A stretch of 64,000 nucleotides of DNA, taken from assembly GCA_002269645.1 (NCBI GenBank), contig NIVC01001597.1, forward strand, positions 186,001-250,000, written 5' to 3'. The notes under the pieces are model-generated. The model did no database searches, was not told the DNA's origin, and was given only the letters and a program-made list of their open reading frames with translations. Below, piece after piece: positions 60,183 to 64,000 of this stretch (position 1 is its first letter; the number at the start of each line of letters is the position of its first letter). Source of the DNA: Macrostomum lignano. Lineage: Eukaryota. A program made the translations under genes and the position numbers.

Positions 60183-60625
60183 AGTGGTCGGCCAACTTTT
60201 TACCTCGAGGGCCAGACGAATAATCCAGCTGATGTCTGTGGGCCAGATGAATAATCCAGCTGATGTCTGTGGGCCAGATGAATAATCCAGCTGATGTCTA
60301 TGGCCCAGATGAGAGTGGAAAGGAGAGGGAGTGGGGCGAGAGAAGAGAGGAGAGGAGAGGAGAGGAGAGGAGAGGAGAGGAGAGGAGAGCAGGAGAGGAG
60401 AGGAGAGGAGAGGAGAGGAGAAAGGAGAGGAGAGGAGAGGAGAGGAGAAAGGAGAGGAGAGGAGAGGAGAGGTGAGGTGAGGAGAGGAGAGCAGGAGAGA
60501 TAACTGAGAAGAGACAAACCTTGAGCAGGCTGGATTGTCATTCTAATGTGTCCAAGGATCCGAGGGCCGGATAGAGAGGCTTTGCGGGCTCCATATGGCC
60601 CGCGGGCCGGAGTTGCCCACCCTTG
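60183..60625. mobile_element. hAT-like MITE with internal (AGAGG)n tract, opposite orientation to 59587-60135
   Basis: Ends cagtggtcggccaac / gttgcccacccttg. Body homologous to 5430-5690 and 20900-21085. Confidence 0.65.
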
Positions 60626-61409
60626 CGCAGTGGAATGGGATTGAGAAAAACATGAACTATTACATGTATATCAGTTTGGTACCCTTATCTTCTAAAGACT
60701 CAGAAAAGCCAAAGCCCAAAACCGGCCGACACTTGCTTGAAATTAAAAAAAGGCACTTGCAGGATCATGCAAAAAAGTTGGGGGGGGGGGGCTCCAGCCC
60801 CCCCCATGCCCCCCGGTTCCGACACCCCTGACCCCAGATACCAAGCTGCCTAATTTCATAGGTGACAGACGACCCGTCAATCAGCGAGGATGTGCACAGA
60901 TTGGCTCCCACTAACAATACACCCACCAATTATAATTTTTCACCTTACTACTAGTACAGACCGCACTTAGCTATACACAACAGATAGTAAAATATTCAGG
61001 AAATGTACAAATAAAACAGCTTAAGCATTCGCAGAAAGGTCGGTTCACTCGTTGGCTAAATTTTCAAGCCTACTTTTACAATGAAATGTCTGCACAAAAA
61101 ATTCTGCTAGTACTCAATAGAGAATTCTTACTGTGCGCAATCTTCATCGACCATGCAGTCTTTCCTTTCTCTCCATCTTATTCTCTTAGCCCCCAATGTG
61201 AGTGCGCACGAAGACCCAGCGTGCACAATAGACGTCGCTAGTAAGACTTCTCTCATTCTGTAAAGCAAAATACGGTAAATATAAACTACTGCAGTTACCA
61301 TCCAGTAATTTCTTCTCTTTATATGACACAGTCCAACTGTTTCAAAAAAGTATTAATTTCGTTTCCGTAACTAACTAGCAGCTATTGCAGGATAATTCGG
61401 GAATACAAA

Positions 61410-62717
61410 ATGCATCGGCAAATCATAAAACAATGGCAATCGGCTTTTATAGCGACTCTGCTATTTTCAGCTTTGGCAACCGGCATTTTCTACTTTGACA
61501 GTCACGTCAGTCAGAGTGGTCGACAGAAAGTTCAACTCAAGCAGTCATGGGTAGCTTCAGAACAGTTCGGAACAATCTTCAACAAGATTAGTGAGTAAAA
61601 AGTAATGTATGATTGTGTCTGCACATTCTTCAAAGCACCAAACTTTCTGTAATATCTTTCAGAGAGAAACAGCTTGTTGATGGCAATCCAAGCAGCAAAG
61701 TCGAGAAGTCCAGCTAACGCAAATTATCAGTATGCTAAGCTGGACGAAAGCTTTTTGATAAATAATTTTCAACGCCTCAAAACGATAGTCAGACCTTTGG
61801 CAAAAAAGTACACAGCGAAGGTGGACCAGCTGATGGTGCATCGGCTTCCCGTGGTTGACACGAAGCACTGGGAGCTGCGCAGACCCAACGGTGAGCGGCT
61901 GTCTGTTCAAGCAGTGCAGCAGCTGCTCAGAGATCCCAACTACAAAGTGCCGAACGCTGTGCACTACATCCTGCCATTCAGCGATCCGGTGATCCAGTTT
62001 CACCACTTGGTCTGCATCCTGAGCGGCGTGTGGGTTCTGCGACCCGACTTTGTGATCTTCTGGTACAGCAGCGAGCCGAAGGGACAAAACTGGGACCTGC
62101 TGAAGCGAAACCTCACCGAGTCCGGTGTGTGGTTCACCAAAGTGTTGCTGGCTCACAGAAGTGTGCCAAAGTCGGTGTACACCCAGCCAGTGCTGATCAG
62201 AGAGCACCAGTCCGACGTCATTCGAATGGAGGCGCTGCTGGTTTTCGGCGGAGTGTACTTGGACCTCGACGTGATCTCGCTGAGATCGATGCAGCCGTTG
62301 AGAAACTACTCGTTCACCATCGGTCGGGAGCTGCCTCAGAACCTGTGCAACGGAGTGTTCTTGTCAGCGCCGAACTCGACACTGCTGGCTCTGTGGCACG
62401 TGGCCTACCAGTCACTGGACGACTCCGGCTGGGGTGAGCACTCGCTGATGCTGCCCAACCGGCTGTGCCACGCATTTCCTGAGCACTGCCACGTTGAGCA
62501 GGACAGCATGGACCGGCCGAACTTTCTAGCAAAGGAGATTGTGCTCATCTACGGTAAACAGAGAGGCTGGGACTGGCGCAAGAAGAACTACGCAATGCAC
62601 CTGTGGTACCGTATGCACAAGCGCAAGTACAACATGGAGAGCATTAAGCACGTCGACTCAATGCTAGGCGACATGTTTCGATTTGTTTTGTTTGGTAACA
62701 GCACGCTTGTAACCTGA
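61410..62717 (+). CDS. GT32-family DXD glycosyltransferase (alpha-1,4-GlcNAc/Gal transferase-like), type II membrane protein, 2 exons, 411 aa
   Basis: Exon 1 61410-61590 (TM AFIATLLFSALATGIFYF; ...ATTA|gtgagt). Exon 2 61663-62717 (tttcag|), joined in phase 1. Motifs VPNAVHYI, HQSDVIRMEALLVFGGVYLDLD, LCNGVFLSAPNS.LL.LW, HLW. Confidence 0.9.
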
Positions 62718-64000
62718 GAAATATCAGCTGAAGTTTGCAATAAATATTGTAACTGGTTCCAAGCTTTTTTTCAGCCAGTAAACTTATTAAACTCTTCTTT
62801 TCGAAGCACAGATAAAAATGCGTACTGTAATGTAAAGAGTTCATGTTACTGAATATATAGTGTCGGTATAAGTTTTATGCAATTGTCAATTTTAGAAAGA
62901 CTTGTTATACACATTATTTTGTTTGCAATTTTGTTTACCGATCGCCCTGCGACAGATGTACAGGCTAGTGTTGCTGCTAGCCTGTGGTTAACATGCAGAG
63001 AACGTCGTTCTCGTGCGATCAGACGACACTAAGGCTTCAATGTTAGTTCATATACAGTACGAGCGTGACTTTATTTTCAATTCAACAGTAGCTATTGAAC
63101 CAGTTAATACGAGCTAGCTTGAATCTCCTGACTCAGTAATATGATGGGTTTCGACCTTTCAGGCCCCTTGTGAGGAAGCCTTCGGGCCTCAGGCCTCAGA
63201 AATAAATCAATTAGAGTCCTGGCCCCCCACTCCTGTCAGATGGTCAGCCCCATGGTAGCTTGATCGTGTGGCGAGCAGTCTAGGTCCTATAGCTAAGAGA
63301 GGGACAGCGAGAGACAAGCAGGGAGAATTTTGAAGGTAGAAATTAGCTAATCCGCAGACTAAGCTAACTCGCTGCCACCAGCCCCGTACGTCCTGGCTCA
63401 CCACACCGGGACTCTCGAAATCGGGCTTCCGACTAGAAGGGGCTTTGCACTTACCTGCCAACTAGTGTCTTTTTGCTGTCAATCTCGAAGTCATAGCCGA
63501 TGATAAGGGACACTGCTGGGACTAGATCGCATTGGCCATGCAGGTACAGAGGGGACTTGTGCAGGGGATTCTTGCAGTGGCGAGTCTATGGGGTAGCTAC
63601 ATGTACTATTACATTGCTAAATACGAAGATATGTACTTTTGGCCTTCAACGCGCCAACTAGCCTCTCATAGCGCTGATGATAGACTAACTCGAACTTCAG
63701 AGACCTCGCATGATTCATTACCCGAGCCGCTTGGCTAACCTAGAGTGCACAAAGTACATCTCTGGCGCCGATTCTGCACTTCTGGCAGTTTTGCTCACTG
63801 ATTTGATTGATTGATCGACTGAGAACTGCCTTGCCATTGGTCCACTGTGACCGGCGCCTACTAGCTTAGCTACTCATCTGAGCCGTCGGCGAACAAAGAA
63901 ATAAAACCGATAAAAATAACTGTTAGATTTGACCTTCTCCTTAGATCACTTCACACCTCAGATTGAATTGGAGTTTCAGACTACTAGCAGTATTATTAAG

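Noticed and set aside
63140-63200. Possible Penelope-type hammerhead ribozyme on the minus strand (…GGCCTGAAAGGTCGAAAC)
   Set aside because: A stem II/GAAAC-like part is present but the CUGAnGA core is not (CTCACAAG). At best a dead relic.

Overview
This is eukaryotic (animal) genomic DNA, not prokaryotic. It has spliceosomal introns, TTAGGG repeats, tRNA-derived SINEs and many unrelated minisatellites. The style suggests an invertebrate such as a free-living flatworm (inference only). Genes reconstructed by hand from splice sites and family motifs: (1) a 15-exon anoctamin/TMEM16 gene (minus, 2782-11625) with two GC-AG introns, loss of most conserved Ca2+-binding acidic residues and one in-frame TAA in the TM7 QFGF motif; (2) the first two exons of a second, tandem anoctamin running off the left edge; (3) an intronless PAN/apple + C-type lectin gene; (4) a 2-exon HP1/CBX gene; (5) an 8-cysteine (TspanC8-like) tetraspanin, 5' exon not located; (6) an intronless class A peptide-type GPCR; (7) a 2-exon GT32 (DXD) glycosyltransferase. 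The rest is dense, nested repeat DNA. It includes a 6.5 kb element with long TIRs and an exact 8-bp TSD carrying a 4-kb satellite and a telomere-repeat cassette, a Harbinger-type element with a Myb/SANT-like ORF, a SINE inside a MITE inside a TIR element, long palindromes, a ~1 kb inverted duplication and a sharply CpG-depleted ~7 kb block. The long low-complexity ORFs in the track are translations of satellites. No CRISPR array, rRNA or true tRNA gene is supported. All coordinates were read by eye and may be off by a few bases at repeat edges.
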